DNA of 64,000 nt from Syntrophaceae bacterium UBA6087. GTDB taxonomy: Bacteria > Desulfobacterota > Desulfomonilia > UBA1062. Position numbers and translations under genes: made by a program. Under the pieces are notes generated by a model. That model had not been told where the DNA came from. It did no database searches and saw only the letters and a program-made list of their open reading frames with translations. Below are positions 47,943 through 57,278 of the stretch, one piece after another (positions within the stretch are counted from its first letter, which is position 1; every line of letters starts with the position of its first letter). The stretch covers positions 73,136 to 137,135 of the forward strand of contig DIXF01000001.1 of NCBI GenBank assembly GCA_002448235.1. Direction: 5' to 3'.

Positions 47943-49349
47943 CTATGCCACCGCCTTCAGACGGGTTACCACTTCATCCAGGTGCAAAGCCCGGGAGGCC
48001 TTGACCAGCACGATGGCGTCCTTGTTGAGCACATCGGAAAGACATGCGATGATCTCTCCCAAATCCTTGGCGACGTGTACGCTGTGGGCATCCATGCCGT
48101 TTTTGATCGAAGATTCGGAGATGATTCCGGACATCTCTCCGGTAACGACGAGCCTGTCGATGCCCGCCTGTGCGACCCACTGGCCCAGCTGCACATGCCA
48201 GTACTCGGCCTCGCCTCCCAGCTCCAGCATGTCGCCGAGGACCGCGACACGGTAGCCGTGGGGGGAGGAGGTGAGCACCTGCAGGGCCGCCTTCACGGAT
48301 GCGGGGTTGGCATTGTAGGAATCGTTGATGATGGAAATTCGGTCGGAAACGATGATCTCCGAGCGCATGCCCGGGAACCTGGCACCCATGATCCCCTGTG
48401 CGATCTTCTCGTGGCCGATGCCCAGTCCCACGGCGCAGGCCGCTGCCGCAAGCGCGTTTGACACATTGTGCATCCCTGGAAGCGGGACATGGGCGTTGAC
48501 AGGCTTTCCGCCGATATCCATGACGATGTCCGTACCGTCGAGGCCCTGGTAGAGGACCTTTTCCAGTCTCACCTCCGCAGGCCCGGAGGTAGAGTAGGTG
48601 ACCACTTTCAGGCCGGCGGGAATCTCCACCGTGTCCATATGCTCCTGGTGGGGATTGATGACCGCGAACCCGTCTTTCATGGTGTTTCTGAAGATCGCCT
48701 GTTTTTCTTTGACGATGCCCGAGATGCTTCTGAGTCCGCTCAAGTGCACCGGGTTGATGTTGGTGAGGATCGATACGGTGGGCCGGGTAATTGTAGAGAG
48801 CCGGTCGATCTCGCCGAAGCGGTTCGTACCCATCTCGATGACGGCGTACTTGTGCGAGTCGTTCAGTGTGAGCAGGCACAAAGGCACGCCGATGAGGTTG
48901 TTGTAGTTTTTATCGGTCTTGAGGCACTCCCCGTCCGTAGAGAGGATCGACGCGCACAGCTCCTTGACGGTCGTTTTGCCGGTAGAGCCCGTAACGCCTA
49001 CGATCAGAGGGCTGAACCGGCGCCTGAAGTATCCGGCGATATCGCCCAGTGCAGCCAGGGTATCCTCTACAGAGACCACTGTTCCCGTGCCGAGTACGCC
49101 TTCCTTCATCACGATCGCGCCTGTCGCGCCCTTGGAGAAGGCTTCAACCACGAACGCGTGGCCGTCGAAGTTGTCTCCGCTCAAGGCGATGAAGAGGTCG
49201 CCCTGTGCAACCGTCCTTGAATCCGTAGATATTCCCGTGAAGCAGGTCTCGGGATCTCCCGATACAATGCTTCCCCGTGTGCATTCAGCAATTTCCCATG
49301 CTTTGAGCTTCATGTTCCGTATATCTCCCTTAAGCATTTGCGGACGCAC
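47943..49349 (-). CDS. murF: UDP-MurNAc-tripeptide--D-alanyl-D-alanine ligase MurF
   Basis: 468 aa with P-loop TGSTGKTT. Confidence 0.9.
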   Translation of the reverse strand: MRPQMLKGDIRNMKLKAWEIAECTRGSIVSGDPETCFTGISTDSRTVAQGDLFIALSGDNFDGHAFVVEAFSKGATGAIVMKEGVLGTGTVVSVEDTLAALGDIAGYFRRRFSPLIVGVTGSTGKTTVKELCASILSTDGECLKTDKNYNNLIGVPLCLLTLNDSHKYAVIEMGTNRFGEIDRLSTITRPTVSILTNINPVHLSGLRSISGIVKEKQAIFRNTMKDGFAVINPHQEHMDTVEIPAGLKVVTYSTSGPAEVRLEKVLYQGLDGTDIVMDIGGKPVNAHVPLPGMHNVSNALAAAACAVGLGIGHEKIAQGIMGARFPGMRSEIIVSDRISIINDSYNANPASVKAALQVLTSSPHGYRVAVLGDMLELGGEAEYWHVQLGQWVAQAGIDRLVVTGEMSGIISESSIKNGMDAHSVHVAKDLGEIIACLSDVLNKDAIVLVKASRALHLDEVVTRLKAVA

Positions 49350-50764
49350 TCTCTGTCATCGAATGTTTTTTTCTCGGATCCGATGATCTGATACGTTTCA
49401 TGTCCTTTTCCTGCGATAACCAGGCAATCATGCTCCTTCATCATTGCAACGCCTTGCCTGATTGCCTGCTCCCGGTCGGGCTCCACGGAAACGTTCGACC
49501 TGTCTGCAATGCCTTTCAGGATGTCGTCGATGATGGCAAGCGGCTCTTCGGAACGGGGGTTGTCCGACGTGATGATTGCGTGGTCCGAGATCTCGGCGGC
49601 AATGGAGCCCATGATCGGCCTCTTGCCTTTGTCCCTGTCGCCGCCGCAGCCGAAGATCGAGAAGAGCTTTCCTTTCGTGAAGGACCGCACGGATCTCAGG
49701 ACGTTCTGGAGGGCGTCCGGCGTGTGGGCATAGTCGACGAGGATGTTGAGTCCGTACGGATTCCTGACCGGTTCGAGCCGGCCGGGGACCTGTTCGAGGC
49801 TTTCTATGCCGGAGATGATGGCGTCCTTCTCGACGCCTAAGGCGATCACCGCTCCCACCGCGGCCATGATATTGTATGCGTTGATCTCTGCCCTCAAGTG
49901 AGAGCGTAGGGGCAACGTGCCCGCCGGGCTCGATAACTCCATGATCAACCCGTCCGGGGTATTCTGCAGAGATCGAATGTGGACATCCGCATCATCGTTT
50001 CTTCCATAGGCTACCGCGTCGGGGAGCTCTCTGATAAGCCTCCTGCCGTACGCGTCGTCCGCATTGACGACGGATGCGCCGCAAAGGTATTCTTTCGAGA
50101 ACAATTTTTTCTTGGCCAGGAAGTACGTTTCCATATCCTTGTGGTAGTCGAGATGATCCTGCGTGAGATTCGTGAATACCGCGCAGTCATAGGTCAGTCC
50201 CATGATCCTGTCCTGGTCCAGGGAATGGGAACTCACCTCCATCACGCAGGCATCCACGCCGGCGAGGCCCATGGTATGGAGTTGTGCGAAGAGATCGATC
50301 GGCCCGGGCGTGGTTACGTCCGAGGGGATGCTGACCCCGCCATACCTCATATTAATAGTGCCGATCACGCCGGAACTCATGGAGGCGGAGTTTAAGATGG
50401 ACTCGATGAGATAGGTGATGCTGGTCTTGCCGTTCGTGCCGGTTATCGCGATGAGCTTCGAGAGGCGGGCACAGGGAAAGAGGATCGGGAGAAGCCTTTT
50501 CAGGGCTTCTTTTGTGTCGGGAACCTCGATCACGGTGGCATCCGTGCCGTTCTCAGAATAGCCGTAGTTGCAGATAACGACGGACGCCCCTGCCCGGATG
50601 GCGTTCGGAACGAACGTGTGCCCGTCCGAGAGGCTCCCTTTGAGTGCGATGAATGCGTCGCCGGGACGGACGGAGCGGGAATTCGCCTTCAGGGTCGAAA
50701 ATTCCCTTTCGGGGCCCCTGACACGGCCGCCCTGAACGATAGTGGCGATCTCAGATGTCTTCAC
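49310..50764 (-). CDS. murE: UDP-MurNAc-L-Ala-D-Glu--2,6-diaminopimelate ligase MurE
   Basis: 484 aa with P-loop TGTNGKTS and a DNPR motif. Confidence 0.92.
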   Translation of the reverse strand: MKTSEIATIVQGGRVRGPEREFSTLKANSRSVRPGDAFIALKGSLSDGHTFVPNAIRAGASVVICNYGYSENGTDATVIEVPDTKEALKRLLPILFPCARLSKLIAITGTNGKTSITYLIESILNSASMSSGVIGTINMRYGGVSIPSDVTTPGPIDLFAQLHTMGLAGVDACVMEVSSHSLDQDRIMGLTYDCAVFTNLTQDHLDYHKDMETYFLAKKKLFSKEYLCGASVVNADDAYGRRLIRELPDAVAYGRNDDADVHIRSLQNTPDGLIMELSSPAGTLPLRSHLRAEINAYNIMAAVGAVIALGVEKDAIISGIESLEQVPGRLEPVRNPYGLNILVDYAHTPDALQNVLRSVRSFTKGKLFSIFGCGGDRDKGKRPIMGSIAAEISDHAIITSDNPRSEEPLAIIDDILKGIADRSNVSVEPDREQAIRQGVAMMKEHDCLVIAGKGHETYQIIGSEKKTFDDRECVRKCLREIYGT

Positions 50765-52466
50765 CCTCTGCTCCTTTGCTGGCTACCGTGATGTTCGGGC
50801 TCAGATCCATGATGCTCGTGCTCTTCTGCATGATATTCTTGAATGCAGGGCAGGCTACGACGCTCGCATAATAATGCAGCTGCGGCTCGTTGATACTGAT
50901 GACCATGGTGAGCCTTGGCTTACCGCTCGCGTCGATAATACCTCCGATGAAAGTCGAAACATAGTCTTTTTTTGAGTACGCTTTGGTCAGAGGATCGATC
51001 TTCTGGGCAGTGCCCGTCTTTCCGAACACTTGGAAGGAGCTCATCCCTGCAACTTCTGCAGTGCCTCCCTTCATGGCTACGGTCTTGAGAATATCCAGGA
51101 CCTGGTCGGACGTATGGGGAGACAGGACCTTCCTCACGATAGTCGGCCGGAAATACTCCACTTCTTTTCCCGTGGCATCGGTGATGTGGTCGATGAGGTA
51201 CGGCTTCATGAGCATACCGCCGTTGACCATGGCATTAAAGGAGCTGATGAGCTGGATTCCGGTCACGGAGAAGCCCTGGCCGTAGGAGACCGTCGCCTTG
51301 TCCACCATGGTCCACCGCCTTGGCTGCCTGATCTGGCCTCCGGGCTCGCCGGGGAACTGGATGCCTGTCCGCGACGTAAAGCCCATGATATCGAGGCATC
51401 CGTACATGTCATCCGCTCTGACCGGGTCGAGGAGCTTTACGATTCCGATGTTGCTCGAGTATTTGATGACGTCGGTGACGGGAAGCCACCCGTATTTTTC
51501 GTGGTCGTGGATGACGATCCGGTGGTAGTTATATTTGCCGTTTTCGCAGTAGACAGCCTGGGAAGGCCGGAAGATTCCTTTCTCGATTCCCCAGGCGATC
51601 CACATGGGCTTCATGACGGACCCCGGTTCGTACAGGTCGACTATTGCCCGGTTTCTGTGGCCGTCGATGGTTTTGTACAGGCCGATATTGGGATTGAAGC
51701 TCGGGTACGACACCATTGAGTAGATTTCTCCGGTGGCGGGGTTGGTGACTATGGCGTATCCCGACCGGGCGTTGTGGGATTTTATCACCTTTTCGAGCTC
51801 GGAATAGGCGATGTACTGGAGTCTCCGGTCAAGGGTCAGCCAGAGGGTATACCCGTCCTTCGCCTCATCCGGAGGCAGCCCTCTGGCGTAGATGATCCTT
51901 CCCATGCCGTCCTTATGGGCTTCGATCTGCCGGGGTTTGCCCTTGAGGACGTTGTCGAAGAGGAGCTCCAGTCCTTCCAGCCCCTGGCCATCGACGCCGA
52001 CGATCCCGAGCACGTTCGCCATGGAATCGCACTCGGGATAAAACCTTTTCGCTTCATTGTAGAAACCGACGCCTTTGATCTTCAGCTTCTCGACGGCGGC
52101 AATCTGATCGGGCGGGACATGTCGCTTGATCCATACGAAGTATCGTGAGGAGTCGAGCCGTTTGCGCAGGGAACGCTCGTTGATATTCAGAACGTTTGCA
52201 AGCTTGGAGGCGGCGCGTGCCGGGTTGTCGATGAGCCGGGGATTCACGGCAATGGACTTCACGTCGAGGCTGATAGCCAGAGGCTGGCCGCTTTTGTCGT
52301 ACATGGCCCCCCGATAGGAGCTCAGCTTGATGCTGTAATCGAATTTCTTATGGGCAAGGGTAAGGATCTTGTCGGGCTTGACGACCTGGAGGTCCAGCGC
52401 GCGGCAGCCTATGACCGCTAAGAGCAGGACAAAGAGGATGCGGATAACCTTTACTCGTTGTGCCAT
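50751..52466 (-). CDS. ftsI: penicillin-binding protein 3 / FtsI transpeptidase
   Basis: 571 aa with an N-terminal TM helix, PBP dimerisation and transpeptidase domains, and SVMK/SSN/KTG motifs. Confidence 0.92.
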   Translation of the reverse strand: MAQRVKVIRILFVLLLAVIGCRALDLQVVKPDKILTLAHKKFDYSIKLSSYRGAMYDKSGQPLAISLDVKSIAVNPRLIDNPARAASKLANVLNINERSLRKRLDSSRYFVWIKRHVPPDQIAAVEKLKIKGVGFYNEAKRFYPECDSMANVLGIVGVDGQGLEGLELLFDNVLKGKPRQIEAHKDGMGRIIYARGLPPDEAKDGYTLWLTLDRRLQYIAYSELEKVIKSHNARSGYAIVTNPATGEIYSMVSYPSFNPNIGLYKTIDGHRNRAIVDLYEPGSVMKPMWIAWGIEKGIFRPSQAVYCENGKYNYHRIVIHDHEKYGWLPVTDVIKYSSNIGIVKLLDPVRADDMYGCLDIMGFTSRTGIQFPGEPGGQIRQPRRWTMVDKATVSYGQGFSVTGIQLISSFNAMVNGGMLMKPYLIDHITDATGKEVEYFRPTIVRKVLSPHTSDQVLDILKTVAMKGGTAEVAGMSSFQVFGKTGTAQKIDPLTKAYSKKDYVSTFIGGIIDASGKPRLTMVISINEPQLHYYASVVACPAFKNIMQKSTSIMDLSPNITVASKGAEGEDI

Positions 52467-52741
52467 ATGTATATTACCTGATCAGGGCTCGGCGACTTCA
52501 TGCCCAGCTTGTCCCGCGCTATTGCCTCAAGCCTCTTGGAGCTTTTCAGGGTCGAGATTTCGAGGCGCAGTGATTTCTCCTCGCTTAAGAGCTCCTCCTT
52601 CTTGGTCTGCTCCTCGGATATCTTATATCCGAGTTCGGTCGACATATGTCTGGACCAGATGTGGAAGAACGCCCACGTGGTGAACACCAGGAGGATGATG
52701 ATGGTGGAGGGGAGAATCTCGAGCGAGAGCCTTGTCTTCAC
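52451..52741 (-). CDS. ftsL: cell division protein FtsL
   Basis: 96 aa with one TM helix plus a coiled coil, between rsmH and ftsI. Confidence 0.8.
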   Translation of the reverse strand: MKTRLSLEILPSTIIILLVFTTWAFFHIWSRHMSTELGYKISEEQTKKEELLSEEKSLRLEISTLKSSKRLEAIARDKLGMKSPSPDQVIYIWHNE

Positions 52742-53685
52742 GAGACCCTCCTCGCCGCCCTGAGGCGTGCGCTTCTGGCCCTGGGATTCTGAAGGATCTC
52801 TTCTTCCGTGGGGGTGACGGACTTCCGCGTGATCCGCTCCAGAATAGGGCCCGTGTCTTTCGCAGGGGCAGGAAGGCCCCGGGGGAAGACGAAGCCGTCG
52901 TCCGTTCCGGAGAAAAAGCGCTTGATGATGCGGTCTTCAAGAGAATGGTAGGATATGATCGCCACCACCCCTCCGGGAGCCAGGAGCGATGCCGCCTTCG
53001 GGAGGAACGTCTTGATGTTGTCGATCTCGTGATTGACCTCCATGCGGATGGCCTGGAAGGTCTTCGTTGCCGGATGGATCTTCTGCGGCCAGAATCGCCG
53101 CGGGATCGCACGGCCCACGAGCTCGGCAAGCTCGGTGGTGGTACCGATCGGCCTCGATTCGCCAATACGGCGTGCGATGCGTTTTGCGAACCGTTCATCG
53201 CCGTACTCTCTGATGAGCGCCGCCAGAGAGCTTTCATCATAGCTGTTTACGACGTGCTCGGCGGTCAGGTCTCCCTGGGTCGAGAATCTCATGTCAAGGG
53301 GGCCGGGCTTCAAAAAAGAAAACCCTCGATCGGGATCATCGAGGGCTGTCGATGACATCCCGAGATCGAGTAGGATTCCATCGAGTCCGTCCCATCCGAG
53401 CATGGCACAAATCCTGTCTATCTCGCTGTAGTTACCTTGAAAAAGGTTTGCCCTTCCTTTGTATTGGGCAAATTCATCCGTAAGCCGCGATATGGCTTGG
53501 CTGTCGAGGTCGGTGCCCGCCAGGAGGCCGCCGGGGGAGCTTTTTTCGAGGATTGCCCGCGCATGTCCTCCTGATCCGAGGGTGCCGTCAAAGTATCGGC
53601 CGCCGTCACGGGGCATCATTACCTCCACCACCTCTTTGAGCAATACCGGGACATGCTGCATAGGCCTATAGCCCGAGAGATGCAA
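52738..53685 (-). CDS. rsmH: 16S rRNA (cytosine1402-N4)-methyltransferase RsmH (MraW)
   Basis: 315 aa with SAM-binding DGTLGSGGH. Confidence 0.93.
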   Translation of the reverse strand: MHLSGYRPMQHVPVLLKEVVEVMMPRDGGRYFDGTLGSGGHARAILEKSSPGGLLAGTDLDSQAISRLTDEFAQYKGRANLFQGNYSEIDRICAMLGWDGLDGILLDLGMSSTALDDPDRGFSFLKPGPLDMRFSTQGDLTAEHVVNSYDESSLAALIREYGDERFAKRIARRIGESRPIGTTTELAELVGRAIPRRFWPQKIHPATKTFQAIRMEVNHEIDNIKTFLPKAASLLAPGGVVAIISYHSLEDRIIKRFFSGTDDGFVFPRGLPAPAKDTGPILERITRKSVTPTEEEILQNPRARSARLRAARRVS

Positions 53686-54109
53686 GCTCGTCTCGTAAGC
53701 TTTCGGGATCTTTCAACGCCTCTTTCATGTACGCATCGTAGGTATCGACATCCCAGATTTCAAAGCGATCGGTAACGCCTACACAGAGGCACTTCTTTTT
53801 CAGGCCTGCATACTCCCGCAGGCTTGCAGGGATAAGTATCCGGCCTTGTGCGTCTATCTGGCACTCCTCGGCAGATCCCATTACATGCCGTTTGAATATG
53901 ATGTCCGCTCTTCTGACCGTTGAAAGGGTCGCCGCCTTTTTTTCCATGCGTTCCCACTCCTCGGGTGCATAGGCGACAAGACACTGGTCAAGGCTTTTCG
54001 TAACGATGAGGTGGTCCGCAGCCCACCCGTTCAGGGCTTCCCTGAATCTCGATGGGATGCTTACGCGCCCCTTGTCATTGATGGAATTTACATAATGCCC
54101 TTTAAACAC
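53666..54109 (-). CDS. mraZ: transcriptional regulator MraZ
   Basis: Two DxxxR-type repeats (DKGRVSIP and DAQGRILIP). The GTG start gives MFKGHY following GAGGGG. The listed 166-aa ORF is an N-terminal over-extension. Confidence 0.88.
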   Translation of the reverse strand: MFKGHYVNSINDKGRVSIPSRFREALNGWAADHLIVTKSLDQCLVAYAPEEWERMEKKAATLSTVRRADIIFKRHVMGSAEECQIDAQGRILIPASLREYAGLKKKCLCVGVTDRFEIWDVDTYDAYMKEALKDPESLRDELASLGL

Positions 54110-54125
54110 CTTCGCCCCTCGGATA

Positions 54126-54266
54126 TTTGACACCAAATGGCACTTTTTGGCATATATAATAAACACCTTATCATGTCAATATAATCTTCGGAATATGGCG
54201 ACCAAAAAATAACAGAAAAAACTTGTAATTAAACAAATTTTTCATTAAGGCAAAAAGTGCCATCTA
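54126..54266. promoter_or_regulatory. divergent mraZ/kinase control region: sigma70-like promoter for mraZ on the minus strand; TGGCA direct repeats at 10-bp spacing and an inverted 15-nt copy
   Basis: On the minus strand TTGACA (54180-54175) is followed ~17 nt later by TATATA (approx. 54160-54153). TGGCAC-tttt-TGGCA lies at 54138-54152. Its reverse complement ATGGCACTTTTTGCC lies at 54249-54263. Confidence 0.5.
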
Positions 54267-54316
54267 GTGAGCATATTTTTCTGGAAGTTTTATCGGATGT
54301 TGGCTAGTATAGGCAT

Positions 54317-55297
54317 ATGGACAGGAAGATGATGGTCGAGATCCTTGACGAGCTTCCCACCGGGGTCATGCTTTCGGATGACGCAGGAGAAGTCGTTTAC
54401 GCGAACAGAGCGGCGTTGGATTACATGGGTCTCGATTACGAAGGCCTCAAGGAGATCAATATCAATGCGATGATGCGGCAGGGCGCCGGCAAGAAAGATC
54501 TCATGTTCCGGACCAAAGGCGATGACAGCATAACGGTGAAGTTCAGCCACATCCCCTTGTCGGGCGGGAGCACGGCATTGATCCTGACCGATATTTCCGA
54601 AATTCATCGCCTCCAGCAGGAGATTTTAAGAATGGACAAGCTTGCCTCCGTAGGCGAGCTCACCTCGGGCATCGCCCATGAAATCCGCAACCCCCTGGCA
54701 GGTATAAAGACCACGGCGCAGGCACTGCAGGAGGAATTGCCGGGGAACGATCACCGGAGCGCATACGTATCGAGGATCATCGTCGAGATCGACAGGCTCA
54801 ACAAGCTGCTGCTCAATTTTTTCGACTTCGCAAAGCCCAAGGACATTCAGCTTAAGAACTGCGATCTCAAAAAGATCATTGAAGATGCCGTGTTCATGGT
54901 GCAGGATACCGCCCGCCAGGGGCATATCCGGGTCATGGAGTTCTACCCCACGGAGGAGATCAGAATCAAGGCCGATCCCGATATGATTCGGCAGGTGCTC
55001 ATGAACATATTCATCAATGCGCTCCAGGCAATGCCCTCGGGCGGCCAAATGGAAGTTCACCTGGAAAATGATGGTGCGAATGTAGAGATCTCGGTGAGCG
55101 ATACCGGCAAAGGGATGCCGGAAGACATCCGCAGCCGGATATTCGACCCCTTTTTCACTACCAAGGCCAAAGGGATCGGTCTGGGCCTTTCCATTTCATA
55201 CAGACTCATAAAGATGCACTCGGGCACGATTACTTTCGTTTCAGGCCCGAAAGGCACTACGTTCAGGATAACGGTACCGAAAGAGTTGAGGAAATGA
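54317..55297 (+). CDS. cytoplasmic PAS sensor histidine kinase
   Basis: 326 aa with a PAS region, the H-box SGIAHEIRNPLAGI, and an HATPase_c domain (DTGKGM...GLGL). No TM helices were seen. Confidence 0.85.
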   Translation: MDRKMMVEILDELPTGVMLSDDAGEVVYANRAALDYMGLDYEGLKEININAMMRQGAGKKDLMFRTKGDDSITVKFSHIPLSGGSTALILTDISEIHRLQQEILRMDKLASVGELTSGIAHEIRNPLAGIKTTAQALQEELPGNDHRSAYVSRIIVEIDRLNKLLLNFFDFAKPKDIQLKNCDLKKIIEDAVFMVQDTARQGHIRVMEFYPTEEIRIKADPDMIRQVLMNIFINALQAMPSGGQMEVHLENDGANVEISVSDTGKGMPEDIRSRIFDPFFTTKAKGIGLGLSISYRLIKMHSGTITFVSGPKGTTFRITVPKELRK

Positions 55298-55445
55298 GGA
55301 ATCAGGTTTCGGCCTCAGGTAAAAATACTTGGAAATCAGATGCTGATTCGCTTATGCTACACAGGACAGGGGTCTGCGGAGGCCCTTCTCTAAATGGACA
55401 GGGTTCTGCCCATGCCGTACAGATAACCAATTAGGAGGATTCTAC

Positions 55446-56159
55446 ATGCCGTTTTTCACTTCAACAGCCTATGCGGCAACAGCTCAGTTCAGGGGCGACA
55501 TCGGCGCGATGGTCGTCGATTCGGACCCTGTGGTGAAGCTCGTGTTGCTCGTTTTATTTATCTTCTCGATCGTTTCCTGGGGGATCATCATCCAGAAGTG
55601 GGTGGTGCTGTCCCGGTCGCGCAAGCGCGGCCAGGAGATCCTCGAACAGCTTTCAGGCGGGTCCGGCATGAACGAGCTGAGAAGCCAGATCGACCGGGCA
55701 GGCGACTGCGCCCTGGCCAAGCTGTTCCACGGCGCCCATGCCGAGCTCAAGAAGGTGAGCATCAAGGGCCAGGGGATTCCTCCGGCCATGCTCTTAAACG
55801 TTGAGGAACGGATCAGGAGCGAGAACGCGGGCCAGACCTCAGAGCTTTCCCACGGGCTGGGATTCCTTGCAAGCATCAGCAACTCGAGCCCGTTCATCGG
55901 CCTGTTCGGGACGGTCTGGGGCATCATGGACTCCTTCCGGGAGATCGGGCTGAAAGGCTCTGCAAACCTGGCAACCGTTGCACCGGGCATCTCCGAGGCA
56001 CTCATCGCCACGGCGGCAGGCCTTTTCGTGGCAATACCGGCCGTGCTTTTCTATAATTTCTTCACTTCCCAGCTCGGCGATGCCACCACCCAGATGGAGC
56101 GGTTCCAGATCGATTTCATGAACCGCGTCCGCAGGAGTCTCGCCCATGATGGCGAATAA
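55446..56159 (+). CDS. tolQ: Tol-Pal system protein TolQ (MotA/TolQ/ExbB family)
   Basis: 237 aa with three TM helices, followed by tolR, tolA, tolB and pal. Confidence 0.88.
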   Translation: MPFFTSTAYAATAQFRGDIGAMVVDSDPVVKLVLLVLFIFSIVSWGIIIQKWVVLSRSRKRGQEILEQLSGGSGMNELRSQIDRAGDCALAKLFHGAHAELKKVSIKGQGIPPAMLLNVEERIRSENAGQTSELSHGLGFLASISNSSPFIGLFGTVWGIMDSFREIGLKGSANLATVAPGISEALIATAAGLFVAIPAVLFYNFFTSQLGDATTQMERFQIDFMNRVRRSLAHDGE

Positions 56160-56556
56160 CAAGCCGGGCAAGCACGTAGCAGAAATCAACGTAACGCCCC
56201 TGGTGGACGTGATGCTCGTGCTCCTGATCATCTTCATGGTCTCTGCGCCCATGATGAAGGAGGGGATGAAGGTCGAGCTGCCCGAGGTGGAGGCGAGAGC
56301 CCTGGAGACGCAGAGCCAGGACCTTATCATTTCCATCAACAAGGACAAGACCGTGGACATCAACGGATCGACCATCGATTTCGAACGCTTGGGCATGATC
56401 TTAGAGCAGATCAGGGAGCAGCGGGGCGTGGAGAGCGTCTTTCTCCAGGCCGACAGATCGGTCAGTTACGGGTATGTGGTCGAGGTGATGGGTATGATCC
56501 GGTCTACCGGGCTTACCAAGATCGGCCTGGTGACGCAGCCGCCGGTTAAGAAATAA
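56146..56556 (+). CDS. tolR: Tol-Pal system protein TolR (ExbD family)
   Basis: 136 aa with a single TM helix and an ExbD fold. It overlaps tolQ. Confidence 0.88.
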   Translation: MMANNKPGKHVAEINVTPLVDVMLVLLIIFMVSAPMMKEGMKVELPEVEARALETQSQDLIISINKDKTVDINGSTIDFERLGMILEQIREQRGVESVFLQADRSVSYGYVVEVMGMIRSTGLTKIGLVTQPPVKK

Positions 56557-56558
56557 TC

Positions 56559-57278
56559 ATGAAGGCATTGAACCGGTACAATGGGGTATCGCTCATCCTG
56601 CATGCGATACTGATCCTGGCAATGGTGGACATCGGCTTCTCCGCCAAGAACGACCAGGCATACGAAGTGTTCGATGTGGATATCGTAGCAGAGGCGCCTT
56701 CTGCAATCAGGCAGCCTGCTCAAAAGAAAGCGGTAAACACCCGGAGCCTGAATTCGAAAAACCCGCCTAAGGCGATCAGCGGAATCAATAAGGAAAAGGC
56801 CCTGCCGGATATAACCCCGGAGCTTTCTGCGTCAAAGATCGAGCCGGCTCAGCGGGATGAAGTCCCATACCCCGATTCTTCGCCGTCCAGCCACGATGCC
56901 CCCGCACCTCAATCATCCGCCCCTGTCTCCGGAATGTCTCAGGGCAATCCCAACGCGACAAGAGATGAAAACGCATACCTGATGAGCCTGTGGAAATCTC
57001 AGGTCATGGCCCTGGTCCAAAGGGTCTGGAAGGCTCCCCCTGAAATCGCCTACGTGGAAAAGTCTCTGAAGACCACGTATCAGCTGAGGATATCCCGGAC
57101 CGGAGAGCTGCTGAACAAAAGGCTCCTCGTTTCCTCGGGGAACAATCCCTACGATCGTTCGGTGAACATAGCGCTCAACAGCATCAAGAGATTGCCCCAG
57201 CCACCGTTCTTCATGATGGCGGGAAAAGAGAGTGAAGATTTCACCATGTCGTTTACCCCTCCAAAAGGAGCAGAATAA
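56559..57278 (+). CDS. tolA: TolA-like protein with TonB/TolA C-terminal domain
   Basis: N-terminal TM helix, a Pro/Ser-rich linker, and a C-terminal TonB_C-like domain, placed between tolR and tolB. Confidence 0.75.
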   Translation: MKALNRYNGVSLILHAILILAMVDIGFSAKNDQAYEVFDVDIVAEAPSAIRQPAQKKAVNTRSLNSKNPPKAISGINKEKALPDITPELSASKIEPAQRDEVPYPDSSPSSHDAPAPQSSAPVSGMSQGNPNATRDENAYLMSLWKSQVMALVQRVWKAPPEIAYVEKSLKTTYQLRISRTGELLNKRLLVSSGNNPYDRSVNIALNSIKRLPQPPFFMMAGKESEDFTMSFTPPKGAE

